The position numbers and the translations under genes were made by a program. From positions 1 to 63,950 of IMG/VR virus record IMGVR_UViG_3300027899_000982: a stretch of DNA of 63,950 nt. One strand, 5' to 3'. Source of the DNA: a virus (lineage: Duplodnaviria; Caudoviricetes). The notes beneath the pieces were generated by a model. The model ran no database searches. It was not told the origin of the DNA and was given only the letters and a program-made list of their open reading frames with translations. Shown piece by piece: positions 9,349 through 18,921 of the stretch. The first letter of the stretch is position 1. Every line of letters starts with the position of its first letter.

Positions 9349-9911
9349 ATGACATGACTCTTTACAACAAGTATCGGGATCAAATGAAAACTGGCGATCT
9401 CCTAACTTATGATACTGATGGTATTATCAGCAGTATGATTAAATGGTGGTCTCCCGAAGCTAATCATGCTGGAATGGTTTTGGACTTGGATGAATATGAA
9501 GGAGAAGAGCATAGGAGATGGACACTTGAGGCTACCAGTGGTGGTCCAAGAATGGCTTTCCTTTCAGGTCTTTTAAAAACAGAATATGGGAGAGTTTGGT
9601 GGCATCCTCTCAAACCAGAATTTGATGATGCCAGAACTGCTATTGGCTGTTTTGCTTTAGAACAGCAGGGAGTAGTCAAATATGATTTTATCTCCCTATT
9701 AAAATATCCGTTCAAGACTGTTTCGGCAGATTTGAATAAGCTTTTTTGTAGTGAGTATGTTTTTCTTTCTTGGAAAGCTGGTGGAATTGTAGCTGGGGAT
9801 GCTGCCCCTAAGCCCTCTGATTTAGCAAAATTTGGGGCTACTTTACCTCCAGTTTTAATCATTGACACTAAACCTGAAGATTTGCCGGTTACACCAACGG
9901 TAGAACCTTAA
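9345..9911 (+). CDS. Permuted papain-like amidase (YiiX/YaeF, NlpC/P60)
   Basis: KTGDLL, NHAGMV, YDF and LFCSEYV, with His before Cys. Confidence 0.8.
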   Translation: MNDMTLYNKYRDQMKTGDLLTYDTDGIISSMIKWWSPEANHAGMVLDLDEYEGEEHRRWTLEATSGGPRMAFLSGLLKTEYGRVWWHPLKPEFDDARTAIGCFALEQQGVVKYDFISLLKYPFKTVSADLNKLFCSEYVFLSWKAGGIVAGDAAPKPSDLAKFGATLPPVLIIDTKPEDLPVTPTVEP

Positions 9912-9927
9912 CAAAGGAGGATAGAAA

Positions 9928-10080
9928 ATGAAAGATCCGTACACGACTTGGAGTGCTTTTGTAACTGGTGCTGTTGCCTTGATTGCTCTTTTTGGATTTA
10001 ATGTAGATCCTAAGTATGTCACAGCTATTTTGGCAATCGGTGGTGGAGTAGTTGGGTTCTTTGCCAAACAATCAGATTAA
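9928..10080 (+). CDS. Small two-TM holin-like protein (50 aa)
   Basis: AAAGGAGG RBS. Translates to MKDPYTTWSAFVTGAVALIALFGFNVDPKYVTAILAIGGGVVGFFAKQSD and lies near the endolysin. Confidence 0.6.
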   Translation: MKDPYTTWSAFVTGAVALIALFGFNVDPKYVTAILAIGGGVVGFFAKQSD

Positions 10081-10099
10081 ATTTACTTGGCCTAATCAC

Positions 10100-10139
10100 C
10101 CCTATGGCTTGGTGGGCTATTATATCCAAGCCATTAGGG
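10100..10139 (+). other. Intergenic hairpin
   Basis: Inverted repeat ccctatggcttgg / ccaagccattaggg. Confidence 0.5.
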
Positions 10140-10176
10140 AGTGGTTATTTAAATTCAGGAAGAAATGGAATAATAA

Positions 10177-10479
10177 TTGGAAAAATTGATACCGTTGAAT
10201 CCTATGACAGTCCTCAATCTAATTGTAGCGTTGTCAATAATAGCATTAGGATTGTATTATTTTATTCGTGGTCGCAAAGTAGACAGATGGATGGTATTAT
10301 CCAATCTTCTTGCTGGTGTTTGGGCGGCAACAACTATTATTGTGATAATTATAGATAGGACTTACAAGGATATATTTGTTGAGCATACTACACGCTGGTT
10401 GATAAGTGTCACCTTGTTTGTTCTGTTATGTACTAAACTTGGAAATTTGATTAGGATTGGACGCAAAGATAATGGATAG
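10177..10479 (+). CDS. Three-TM membrane protein of the lysis module
   Basis: Three hydrophobic segments. Confidence 0.6.
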   Translation: MEKLIPLNPMTVLNLIVALSIIALGLYYFIRGRKVDRWMVLSNLLAGVWAATTIIVIIIDRTYKDIFVEHTTRWLISVTLFVLLCTKLGNLIRIGRKDNG

Positions 10480-10870
10480 TCAGTGGTCTTTTTTAGCTAC
10501 CTTAATTACTGCTTTAGCTGGCGGTGGTGGTCTTAGTGCTATTATAATTTCATTGCTAACCAGAAAGAAGCTAATGGCTGAGGCTAAAGTCAAAAATTCT
10601 GAATCTGCTGGTATTATAGAAGAGGCTGCATCCTCTTTAGTAGAACAATATCGTAAGGATAACATAAATATTAGGAACCAATATGATGAATTAGAAATAA
10701 ATATGAAGGAGTGTGTAAAGGAAATTAAAGAGTTGAAAACCAAGCTCAATACTTTTGAAACAAGGCATACTAAGCTTTTGGAAGTAATTGAACGACTTGT
10801 TCATCAGGTAAAAAGCCTTAACCATACTCCTGTCTGTGGTCCTGAGATATTAGTTGGAAATGGTGAATGA
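10472..10870 (+). CDS. TM plus coiled-coil protein (holin-associated type)
   Basis: N-terminal TM containing AGGGG, then a coiled coil, immediately before the lysin. Confidence 0.6.
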   Translation: MDSQWSFLATLITALAGGGGLSAIIISLLTRKKLMAEAKVKNSESAGIIEEAASSLVEQYRKDNINIRNQYDELEINMKECVKEIKELKTKLNTFETRHTKLLEVIERLVHQVKSLNHTPVCGPEILVGNGE

Positions 10871-11292
10871 AAGAAAATTTTGATAAAGCTTTGTCTTTTA
10901 CTCTTGGCCCTAACATAGAGGGTGGATATTCTAATGACCCACATGATCCAGGTGGAGAGACCAAATATGGAATAAGTAAAAGATCCTATCCAAACCTTAA
11001 TATCAAAGACCTTACTTTAGATGGTGCCAAGTGGCTTTACAAAAAAGATTTTTGGAACAAATGTGATTGTGATGAAATAGATTGGCCCTTTGATATTATT
11101 TTATTTGATTCGGCTGTCCAGCATGGGATAAGTAAAGCACTAACTTTATGTCAGGAGAGTAAAACTTGGCAGGATTTCTTGTTCAATAGAATTGCTTATT
11201 ATTGTAGGATTACTGACAAGACTAATGATAGATATTTACATGGCTGGATGAATAGAATGGTGGCCCTTTATAGTTATATTAAAAAAGGATAA
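10867..11292 (+). CDS. Endolysin, glycoside hydrolase family 108
   Basis: EGGYSNDPHDPGGETKYGIS, FDSAVQHG and GWMNR motifs. Confidence 0.9.
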   Translation: MKENFDKALSFTLGPNIEGGYSNDPHDPGGETKYGISKRSYPNLNIKDLTLDGAKWLYKKDFWNKCDCDEIDWPFDIILFDSAVQHGISKALTLCQESKTWQDFLFNRIAYYCRITDKTNDRYLHGWMNRMVALYSYIKKG

Positions 11293-11308
11293 TGGAGGTA
11301 TTTATAAC

Positions 11309-11821
11309 ATGAAGAGAATATTAATTAGTTTAGGTTTAGTTTTGCTGTTGGCTGGAAATGTTTTTGCAGCAGGGAGTGCTTGTAATGAGTTGTTTACTCC
11401 TAATATTAATTTGAAGTATGGAGATAACTATTTTCCTTCTGGTATTAAAATAGTACGTTTTGGTTGTGTGGCAGATGATGGAAACGGTTCTTACCCTTCT
11501 ACTGCATTTTCTGCTGGAACTATGTCTGAACTTATTGGTTGGAGTCTATACATGGGGGCTACGATAAATGGTACTCCTGCACCTACTGCTTTGTACAAAG
11601 TGGCTATAACTGATACTGATGGAGTTGATATTTTAGGTAATGGTGGGGCAAATAGACCGGGAACGGCTGCTGTTTCCTCTCAGTTTATGCCACTAACAGA
11701 TAGTGTAGGGGCTGCTCAGGGTTGGAGACCTATTACTACCAATTTGACTCTTGCTTTAACTGATAATTTAGTTAATTCGGCTATAACTACGGTTTTGCTT
11801 TATTTCTTTAAAACTAATTAG
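11309..11821 (+). CDS. Secreted hypothetical protein
   Basis: Signal peptide and GGAGG RBS. Confidence 0.6.
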   Translation: MKRILISLGLVLLLAGNVFAAGSACNELFTPNINLKYGDNYFPSGIKIVRFGCVADDGNGSYPSTAFSAGTMSELIGWSLYMGATINGTPAPTALYKVAITDTDGVDILGNGGANRPGTAAVSSQFMPLTDSVGAAQGWRPITTNLTLALTDNLVNSAITTVLLYFFKTN

Positions 11822-11830
11822 AGGTTTGAA

Positions 11831-13276
11831 ATGAAAAAACTCATAGCATTTCTGGCCTTTCTACTCCTGGCCTCACCGGTATGGGCGACAAACTACTACG
11901 TCAACAGTGCTTCCTCCGGTGGAAATGGTACAACTACGGCTACCAGTGGCACTAATGCTGCCTTTGCCACGGTAGCTGCTGCACAAGCGGCCTTGACTGG
12001 GGATCAGTCGGATAACTTCCTGCTGTTTAACAAGGGACAGACCTGGGCAGCAACATTGACGCTTGCCGCTTATGGTACATCAGGGCATCCGTTTACTGTT
12101 GGGGCGTATGGAACAGGAGATAAGCCAGCTATCGGAACAGGAAACACCGGCATTGAAATAAACAATAAGAGTTATATTACCATCGACGGTTTGGCTCTTT
12201 CTGGGGCCATTCGGGGCGTGTATGCCCATTCTGTTAGCAACGGGTTGATTATCCAGAATAATACCATCTCAGGACAAACAACAGTTAATAGTATGACTGG
12301 CTGTGTTGTGCTAAACGGCAGCAGCAATACATTAATTTACAATAATACCTGTTCCGGGTCTTATAAGGGGATTAACATTAGTGGGTATAAGGCATCAACC
12401 GGCATTTTGAATGATTCGATAACGATTAGAGGAAATACCGTTTCTACAATACAAAGCGCAGGCATCAACATACAAAATGGTGATATTACTGCGCCGATCA
12501 CTGATGGAATTAAACCCACAAACATAATAATAGAAAATAACGATGTGTCCGAGGCCGGAATTTTAGCTACTGGGATTGATACCGCTGGAATTCATACGCT
12601 TATGAATGGAGATGGATTGATAATTCGCTTCAATAGGGTTCATAATTGCGGATTGGACCCAACCACAGTCAGGGGCAGTGGCATAATGGTCGATGAGGAC
12701 GGCGGGACGGCGGAAGTTTATTATAATGTGGTTTATAGCAATTCTCAAAGCGGGATTTCTACCACGACAGACGGGACCAAAATCTATAACAACACTATTT
12801 ATGATAACCGTGAGGGGATCGCCTTGTTTCACTCCGGTCAAGGGTATGAGGCGATAGGGTGTCTCATCAAAAATAATATAGTTGTTCAAACCAGCACAAA
12901 GCCATACACGGTGGTTAGCAATCGTGCTGTGACGGCTGGAGCGAGTACTTGGAGTAATAACGTTTATTATGGTAGTTCCAATGCTACTCCATTTGGGTAT
13001 AATAATGCTGATGGAAATTGGGCCGGAAACCATAGTTTTGCAGATTGGCAGGGTCATGTAACTGACGGTGGATCGTCTGTGGCCGATCCCCTCTTCGTCT
13101 CTGCTGCTGGTGGAGACTTTCACCTTCAAGGAACTTCTCCTGCTCGCCATGCTGGAACCAATGTGGGTCTGACAACTGATTATGATGTACGCTTTGTTAA
13201 ACCAACGCCCGATATAGGGGCGTATCAATATCCTTCTGGACGCAGAATGATGAAAATTGGAAATAAATGGAGATAA
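11831..13276 (+). CDS. Secreted right-handed parallel beta-helix protein (pectin-lyase-like)
   Basis: Signal peptide, ATNYYV, repeated I.NN.I motifs, and C-terminal DFHLQGTSPA...PDIGAYQY. Confidence 0.8.
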   Translation: MKKLIAFLAFLLLASPVWATNYYVNSASSGGNGTTTATSGTNAAFATVAAAQAALTGDQSDNFLLFNKGQTWAATLTLAAYGTSGHPFTVGAYGTGDKPAIGTGNTGIEINNKSYITIDGLALSGAIRGVYAHSVSNGLIIQNNTISGQTTVNSMTGCVVLNGSSNTLIYNNTCSGSYKGINISGYKASTGILNDSITIRGNTVSTIQSAGINIQNGDITAPITDGIKPTNIIIENNDVSEAGILATGIDTAGIHTLMNGDGLIIRFNRVHNCGLDPTTVRGSGIMVDEDGGTAEVYYNVVYSNSQSGISTTTDGTKIYNNTIYDNREGIALFHSGQGYEAIGCLIKNNIVVQTSTKPYTVVSNRAVTAGASTWSNNVYYGSSNATPFGYNNADGNWAGNHSFADWQGHVTDGGSSVADPLFVSAAGGDFHLQGTSPARHAGTNVGLTTDYDVRFVKPTPDIGAYQYPSGRRMMKIGNKWR

Positions 13277-13297
13277 ATTTAGGGGAGTATTTATGAG

Positions 13298-13486
13298 ATG
13301 GGAAAAATTAACTGTCCGTTCTGTGGAGGAAATGCCTATGAATTAGATTGGCAATCTATCTGTAAGGTTTGTTTTAGACGGTGGGAAACTGAGTATACGG
13401 AGAAACTATATGATGAATTCAAAGGTGGATTATATTACAAAGGAGGATTTTATGGCAAACAAACCAAAGGGGAAGAAAAAGGCTGA
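13298..13486 (+). CDS. Small Zn-ribbon protein
   Basis: CPFC...CKVC. Confidence 0.55.
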   Translation: MGKINCPFCGGNAYELDWQSICKVCFRRWETEYTEKLYDEFKGGLYYKGGFYGKQTKGEEKG

Positions 13487-13547
13487 ACCAACTGTGGTAG
13501 GTTCAAAAAAGCAGAAGGTCAAAAAGAAAAAAGGCGGTAAAAAATAA
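13452..13547 (+). CDS. 31-aa Lys-rich peptide
   Basis: AGGAGG RBS. Translates to MANKPKGKKKAEPTVVGSKKQKVKKKKGGKK*. Confidence 0.5.
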   Translation: MANKPKGKKKAEPTVVGSKKQKVKKKKGGKK

Positions 13548-13552
13548 TCTTT

Positions 13553-13578
13553 AAAATGGGGGCTATGCCCCCTTTTTT
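13553..13578. terminator. Likely bidirectional intrinsic terminator at the strand convergence
   Basis: aaaat-gggggc-tat-gccccc-tttttt. Confidence 0.7.
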
Positions 13579-13766
13579 AATAAAATTTTAACCCTTTTAT
13601 CTGTGATTCCAATACAATTGTCGTGACATATTAATTCTGCACAATTTATACACCCCTGTTCCAACTTAGGTTTTCCATTTTTTTTAATCCAACTTGCGTA
13701 AAATTCCATTAATTCATCAATGGAATCATAACGCCTTAATTGGCGTATACTGTATTTAATCGGCAT
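13563..13766 (-). CDS. Hypothetical Cys-containing protein
   Basis: Overlaps the upstream GT17 gene. CINC...CHDNC. Confidence 0.5.
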   Translation of the reverse strand: MPIKYSIRQLRRYDSIDELMEFYASWIKKNGKPKLEQGCINCAELICHDNCIGITDKRVKILLKKGA

Positions 13767-14523
13767 AAATTAACTCCTTAAACCTGTCCTGATTATTGAC
13801 TATATAATCAGGCATAGTATCATCCAGTGGCACCGTATTGATAGGACCGCCACCAGGACACCATAAGGCACATCTGTTTGCTATACTTTCTCTTAAATGG
13901 TCCATATATTGCGGAACGTCTATCTCTGTATGGGCAAAGGCTTTAATCTTAGTGTACACTCTGTCATATCCACCAATCCAGCCAAAATGCCATCCACCAT
14001 TTCTAATTGGCTCTATCTGGTTTCTTATATTCCTGACCTTTTGTGGATTGCCATAATGAGTGGTGATTCTATCATATTCTAATCCTACTGTACCATTCCA
14101 ATGCTCTTCATTCTGTACATTCAGATAATACATAAAAGATCGCTGGTCATATACTCCAAAGTGTTTATTTGCAACCAACTCTCTTTTTGGTATTTCATCC
14201 AAATCGCTGATCAGAATATAATCTTTTGGTTCTGGATTTAAATATCTTAACCCATTCATAATAGCATTTCTCTGATGGTTTTCTAAAGGCCATCTTTCGT
14301 TGCCTATCACAGCAGGCATGTCATTAACTATGATATGTACCATCTTAGGCCAAAATCGTTTAAATAGGGCTGAGTTTTTTTCATAATATAAAGGCTTATC
14401 TAATCCTGAGTGGGTCTTATCAGCTTCCACCAGGACAAATTTGTCTACTACAGGATCAAGATAGTTTAGCCTGATTTCTAATAGTTCAAACTCGTTGAAA
14501 AAGGTAAAAGCATCTACTATCAT
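13756..14523 (-). CDS. GT17-like glycosyltransferase, paralog of 4713..5483
   Basis: DAFTFFNEFELLEIRL, ENHQRN, SDLDEIP and GGWHF motifs. Confidence 0.85.
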   Translation of the reverse strand: MIVDAFTFFNEFELLEIRLNYLDPVVDKFVLVEADKTHSGLDKPLYYEKNSALFKRFWPKMVHIIVNDMPAVIGNERWPLENHQRNAIMNGLRYLNPEPKDYILISDLDEIPKRELVANKHFGVYDQRSFMYYLNVQNEEHWNGTVGLEYDRITTHYGNPQKVRNIRNQIEPIRNGGWHFGWIGGYDRVYTKIKAFAHTEIDVPQYMDHLRESIANRCALWCPGGGPINTVPLDDTMPDYIVNNQDRFKELIYAD

Positions 14524-14717
14524 TTCACCACCCTTATATTCATACCAGGACGATAGAGGTTAATGAATTCATTCCTGTGTGGAGCAAGACTACAAGGCCA
14601 TTCTCCCTTGTGTTTGGCTTGGATTACTGCTTTTTCAGCAGTGGTTGTAGGGTTTTTGTAGTGGGCGAGACAAATTTTATCATCTAAAAGTTTACAGATA
14701 TCACAATATTTTTGCAT
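14520..14717 (-). CDS. Hypothetical protein
   Basis: GGAG RBS and ATGA coupling. Confidence 0.5.
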   Translation of the reverse strand: MQKYCDICKLLDDKICLAHYKNPTTTAEKAVIQAKHKGEWPCSLAPHRNEFINLYRPGMNIRVVK

Positions 14718-14727
14718 TATAATACTC

Positions 14728-15216
14728 CTATTTATGTGATTTTTTTAATGATTCAGATATTTTTCTTTTATGTTCGTAAGAAAGAGTTTTTCCTGTATTC
14801 CAAGGTTTTTGCCCTTTACTTGAATTCGACATTTTTAGTTTTGTCTCCTCAGAATGTCTTTTTCCCCTCATTCCAGTAGTATGTCCTTTATGGCTTTCAG
14901 ACATTTGTAATTTAGTTTCTTCTGTATGTTTGTAACCTAAAGTATATTTATTTCCCTTTAAAGCTTCTGATACTTTTTGTTTTGTCTCTAATGAATATTT
15001 CTTTCCAGTTTGGTGTAATCTTCTATGTTCACTTTCTGTCATTAATTCCAAATTACTGATATCATCATTTAATGGTTTTCTATCTTTATGATGAACAACC
15101 ATTCCTTTAACCCAAGGATTGTTTGGGTTATGTTCATTCCAAATGATGTGGGCTAATGGCTGTATGCCTTGATAAAATCTCAACCCACCGTTGTTTATTA
15201 CCCTAATATAATTCAT
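14728..15216 (-). CDS. HNH-NUMOD3 homing endonuclease
   Basis: HHKDRKPLNDDISNLEL followed by HSEETKLKMS repeats. Confidence 0.9.
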   Translation of the reverse strand: MNYIRVINNGGLRFYQGIQPLAHIIWNEHNPNNPWVKGMVVHHKDRKPLNDDISNLELMTESEHRRLHQTGKKYSLETKQKVSEALKGNKYTLGYKHTEETKLQMSESHKGHTTGMRGKRHSEETKLKMSNSSKGQKPWNTGKTLSYEHKRKISESLKKSHK

Positions 15217-16043
15217 TTTATTCTCTCCTTAATTATTTTAAATACTTCATGGGCAGGTATTTTCCCATGCTCACTATTTGGATTGGCAGCATAATTTGCA
15301 GGCAAGTGATATACCCAACATCTCTCATAGTCATCAAGTGGGACTAAGACCCTATGGTTAAATCCTTCTGGAACATTATGGAGTATATATCCTGAGATAC
15401 AAGTTTCCCCGAAACCAAACTTGTAAATGCTTTGATCCATCATTGGTGAAAAATAGATAGAATCTATGTGTTCTCTGGCTAATTCCTTATCCATGATGGA
15501 TATGCCTTGGAATGGTTCTTGCGGTATAAAGAAAGGTTTTCCACCAACATAGACAATCTTTAAACTATCTATATCTGTTCTAAATGTTAAATCAGAAGCA
15601 TAGTCAACTCCTTGGTAAGTCTCAATTCTAAATGTCCCTGGAATAAAATATTCAAACCCAAATCCAATTCCAACAAATATCCTTCTCGTTTCCAGCCAAT
15701 AATCAAATACTTTTCTTGGTATTTCTATATCTCCATCCGTATAAAGGAAATGGGTATAATCTGATTCAAGAAATTCAGATAGATATTTCTTGTGTTCCCA
15801 AATCAACATCATTGGATTGGCAACAGATACTATCTCCACTTCAATTTGCTTACCAAAAGACCATATATGGTCAACTAAGCCCTTATCATATTCATTCATA
15901 AATACAAGTATTCTCATATCCTCTATTTGCCAATCAACCAAAGCCTTTAAGGTTGATTCTAAGAAGCAAAGCTTTTCAGGCTGTATTAAGAATGGCAGAT
16001 TAATCCAAGGCTTCATATCAATCCCTCTTTCTCTGCTATCCAA
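15213..16043 (-). CDS. Putative GT-A-like protein (likely start 16016)
   Basis: FLYTDGD DxD motif and C-terminal HLP.NY, inside a glycosylation cluster. Confidence 0.5.
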   Translation of the reverse strand: MDSRERGIDMKPWINLPFLIQPEKLCFLESTLKALVDWQIEDMRILVFMNEYDKGLVDHIWSFGKQIEVEIVSVANPMMLIWEHKKYLSEFLESDYTHFLYTDGDIEIPRKVFDYWLETRRIFVGIGFGFEYFIPGTFRIETYQGVDYASDLTFRTDIDSLKIVYVGGKPFFIPQEPFQGISIMDKELAREHIDSIYFSPMMDQSIYKFGFGETCISGYILHNVPEGFNHRVLVPLDDYERCWVYHLPANYAANPNSEHGKIPAHEVFKIIKERIK

Positions 16044-16210
16044 ATAGGTATCACCATCAATTCTGTTTGCCCTTGAGTCCAGTCTTCATCATAATTCTGA
16101 ATCTTACTCTTGGCAACCCAGCAGTAAATATCCCCATCAGTAACCCGCAAGGCTTCATCAGTTTCGTTCATTATTTCCAAGTCCAATTCTACATATTCTT
16201 GCTTAGCCAT
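16013..16210 (-). CDS. Small conserved phage protein
   Basis: ETDEALRV.DG....WV.KS.I...IP.WIA.KEGLI pattern. Confidence 0.65.
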   Translation of the reverse strand: MAKQEYVELDLEIMNETDEALRVTDGDIYCWVAKSKIQNYDEDWTQGQTELMVIPIWIAEKEGLI

Positions 16211-16223
16211 AAAGCCTCCTTAT

Positions 16224-17006
16224 TTATTCTAACCCCATATACCATTCAGTTATACCAGGATAATGTGCCCCATTGTACTTAACAATAAAATCTTTCTCTC
16301 CCATCATTCCATCATAAAATTCCTTCTTAGTCGTAACTAACTTGTTTTTATCAAATTCTATTAGCCTTGGATCTGGAAAATTAGAATGTAAAGGAGTATA
16401 AAGAGTCTGCTGGAAGTTTAGTTCCTTTTCTATTGCTACTTTGGCAGGTCTAACAAAACCATAGTGACTGCATGTGACGCTTGACATATAAATCTGGCCA
16501 TCTCCCTGCAATCCAAAACCATCATCATAACTTCTCCACTTCATACTCTTTCTTCCCACTCTAGCTGATCTATCGTAGAGCTTGCCAAATATTCTATGCT
16601 TGATGTCATTATAGAAATGAATGAAATTGACAGTCACCCCACCATACTCTTTAGGTAACAGATTTAGCTGTTTGACTAAGCTAAGTATTTCTCCTGGCCG
16701 ATAGACCTCATCCATGTCTACCGAAATTACCCAATCATTATTGGCTTTGGAGATAGCTAAATCAGCCAGCCTTTTCATATTGAATTTTCCTTCTGCTGGG
16801 TCTTCAATCCACTTAGCATAGACTAATTTTAATTTGCCAGCAAAAGACTTTTCCAAGGATTGACAATATTCAACTGTATCATCTTCACTATCAGTGCAGA
16901 CAGCCAAGGCAAATTCATCTGTTTCTGATAGTATAGATTCTATAGACAGCTTTAAGGGAAATTGATATTTCCTATGATTATAGATTTTGCCTATACCACT
17001 AAGCAT
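16224..17006 (-). CDS. GT2-like glycosyltransferase
   Basis: SEDDT, DWVISVDMDE and HYGFVR motifs. Confidence 0.8.
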   Translation of the reverse strand: MLSGIGKIYNHRKYQFPLKLSIESILSETDEFALAVCTDSEDDTVEYCQSLEKSFAGKLKLVYAKWIEDPAEGKFNMKRLADLAISKANNDWVISVDMDEVYRPGEILSLVKQLNLLPKEYGGVTVNFIHFYNDIKHRIFGKLYDRSARVGRKSMKWRSYDDGFGLQGDGQIYMSSVTCSHYGFVRPAKVAIEKELNFQQTLYTPLHSNFPDPRLIEFDKNKLVTTKKEFYDGMMGEKDFIVKYNGAHYPGITEWYMGLE

Positions 17007-17007
17007 C

Positions 17008-18309
17008 TTATTCTCCTATCCTTATGATTTTAACTCCAGGTTGATCAGAAATATAACGGAAAGGATCAACAACGATACTACCAAAAGGGAAAACAAAATT
17101 TTTAAACTCTTCATGCTTACACCCAATAAAAACAATTAACTTTCCACTATTAGAATATAATTGATCAGACTGATATTTATTCAAGACCATATAATTGACT
17201 CCTGCCTCCCTCAATATCTCAGCAACCAATAAGGCATGAGATCCGGTAATCAGATTAGTTTCCGGCTTAAAAGTGTAGCCTAAGATAACAATCAAATCTC
17301 CTTTCTGATATTCACCCATTATCAAATTAACAAAAAACTCAGCTTGCTTCTCCCTACTTAACATCAGATTTTCAAACCAGTCATAAGATAAGCCCAATTG
17401 TTTAGCCAGCCAAGACATAGCGATATTGTCACGAGGATGGCAACCGCCACCGTCACCCATCCCGCCATTCAGATAAGCAGGAGACACAATTCTTTTAGTC
17501 GCATTTTTCAAAGCCTCCATAACTTCGTCAATGTTAGCACCAGGAATCTTGTGGCATATTTCCATTAGGGTATTAGTAATGCAGATTTTAGAGGTGATAA
17601 AAGTGTTGTAGGCTACTTTGGTCAATTCGGCTGATTCTATAGACATAACTTGATAGAAAGGATTTCTTTCCTTATTTCCTTTACCATAAGGTCTAATCAA
17701 TTGTTGGCTATAAATTTTATAGTATATATCAAGTAGATTTTTCCACCCATCTCCTTCATCCATTCCAAGCAATACAAATTCAGGATTCAGAAAGTCATAG
17801 ATGGTTGTACCCATAGCAATAAAGAAAGGATTGTAGACTAAGCTGATCCTTTTGTCTTTTTCTATAATTGGAATTATTTCTCTCCTGATAGTTCCAGGCA
17901 AAACGGTGGATATGATAACAAGTGTTTTAGGACTAGGGTCACTAGAAATCTGTACTTCCATAGTAAATTTTTCAACAGCTTGAACCAAATAAGAATAGTC
18001 AAAGTCCTTCCTTTCTGGTGGAAATCTTGTTATTCCTTCATATCTATCCTCATGGGGAGTTTGTATGGGCATAAAAATAACATCTGAATTTCTAATTACA
18101 TCAGAAAGGTTTTCACACCACTGGATAGTATGGACTTTTAGCAGGTCGTCAGCCAGTTCTTCTTTATAGGGAATTTTTCTGTAGATTAAATAACCAGCCA
18201 CATCAGGGTTAATGTCAGTTCCACAGACATCGAAGCCATAAGAGTTAATTGCTAAAGCCACTGGCAAACCTAATTTACCCATTCCAATAAAACCTACTCT
18301 TGGTTGCAT
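17008..18309 (-). CDS. ugd: UDP-glucose/GDP-mannose dehydrogenase family
   Basis: GMGKLG Rossmann motif, STVLPGT, YNPFF, AELTK, catalytic GGGCHPRD and FKPET. Confidence 0.92.
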   Translation of the reverse strand: MQPRVGFIGMGKLGLPVALAINSYGFDVCGTDINPDVAGYLIYRKIPYKEELADDLLKVHTIQWCENLSDVIRNSDVIFMPIQTPHEDRYEGITRFPPERKDFDYSYLVQAVEKFTMEVQISSDPSPKTLVIISTVLPGTIRREIIPIIEKDKRISLVYNPFFIAMGTTIYDFLNPEFVLLGMDEGDGWKNLLDIYYKIYSQQLIRPYGKGNKERNPFYQVMSIESAELTKVAYNTFITSKICITNTLMEICHKIPGANIDEVMEALKNATKRIVSPAYLNGGMGDGGGCHPRDNIAMSWLAKQLGLSYDWFENLMLSREKQAEFFVNLIMGEYQKGDLIVILGYTFKPETNLITGSHALLVAEILREAGVNYMVLNKYQSDQLYSNSGKLIVFIGCKHEEFKNFVFPFGSIVVDPFRYISDQPGVKIIRIGE

Positions 18310-18921
18310 TTATGCTCCTTTCCCTAATAAAGCAGAACCAAAACCATAAGGCACTGAATCAGAATGTTTTCCCATCAGATTATAACCTTTTGATAATAAA
18401 TAAGGGACTGCCAAAGCCCCTTTACCAAACCAATTATTCCCTTCTCTCCAAGTATCATCAAAAAGAAAGAAACAGGATTCCGCAGCAAAGTCCACATCTA
18501 TCAAAATTGCTTGTAATAAATGTGCCTTGTGGCAAGAATGGTTATTATCATCCATGTCGAGACCATATTCTTTATACCTGCTTTGCTGATCAAGTATTTG
18601 GGCGTGTCCCCTTATATGCTCCCAAATGAAATCAAAGTTATCAAGGTATGCAAAAAATATCTTCTGGTTCTTTTCCTTAAAGTGATTGAGTAAAAAATCT
18701 TCTCCTGTCATATTTACAGGCTTTACCCAATCCATATTTTGAATATAAGAGTGTGGGATAGGATCAAAATCAACGGAGTAAAATTCAAGATTATTTCTCT
18801 TGCAAAAATCGTTAAAAAATGCCGTGCTTCCTTCTCCCCTTTCCATCCCTATCTCTAAAACTATTCCACCTTTATAATAAGGCATGACCTCTTCGATTAA
18901 AGAATACTTGCTAGCACCCAT
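18310..18921 (-). CDS. Methyltransferase-like protein
   Basis: LEIG..RGEGST, YLDNFD, FDDT and GKGA.AVPYL motifs. Confidence 0.65.
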   Translation of the reverse strand: MGASKYSLIEEVMPYYKGGIVLEIGMERGEGSTAFFNDFCKRNNLEFYSVDFDPIPHSYIQNMDWVKPVNMTGEDFLLNHFKEKNQKIFFAYLDNFDFIWEHIRGHAQILDQQSRYKEYGLDMDDNNHSCHKAHLLQAILIDVDFAAESCFFLFDDTWREGNNWFGKGALAVPYLLSKGYNLMGKHSDSVPYGFGSALLGKGA

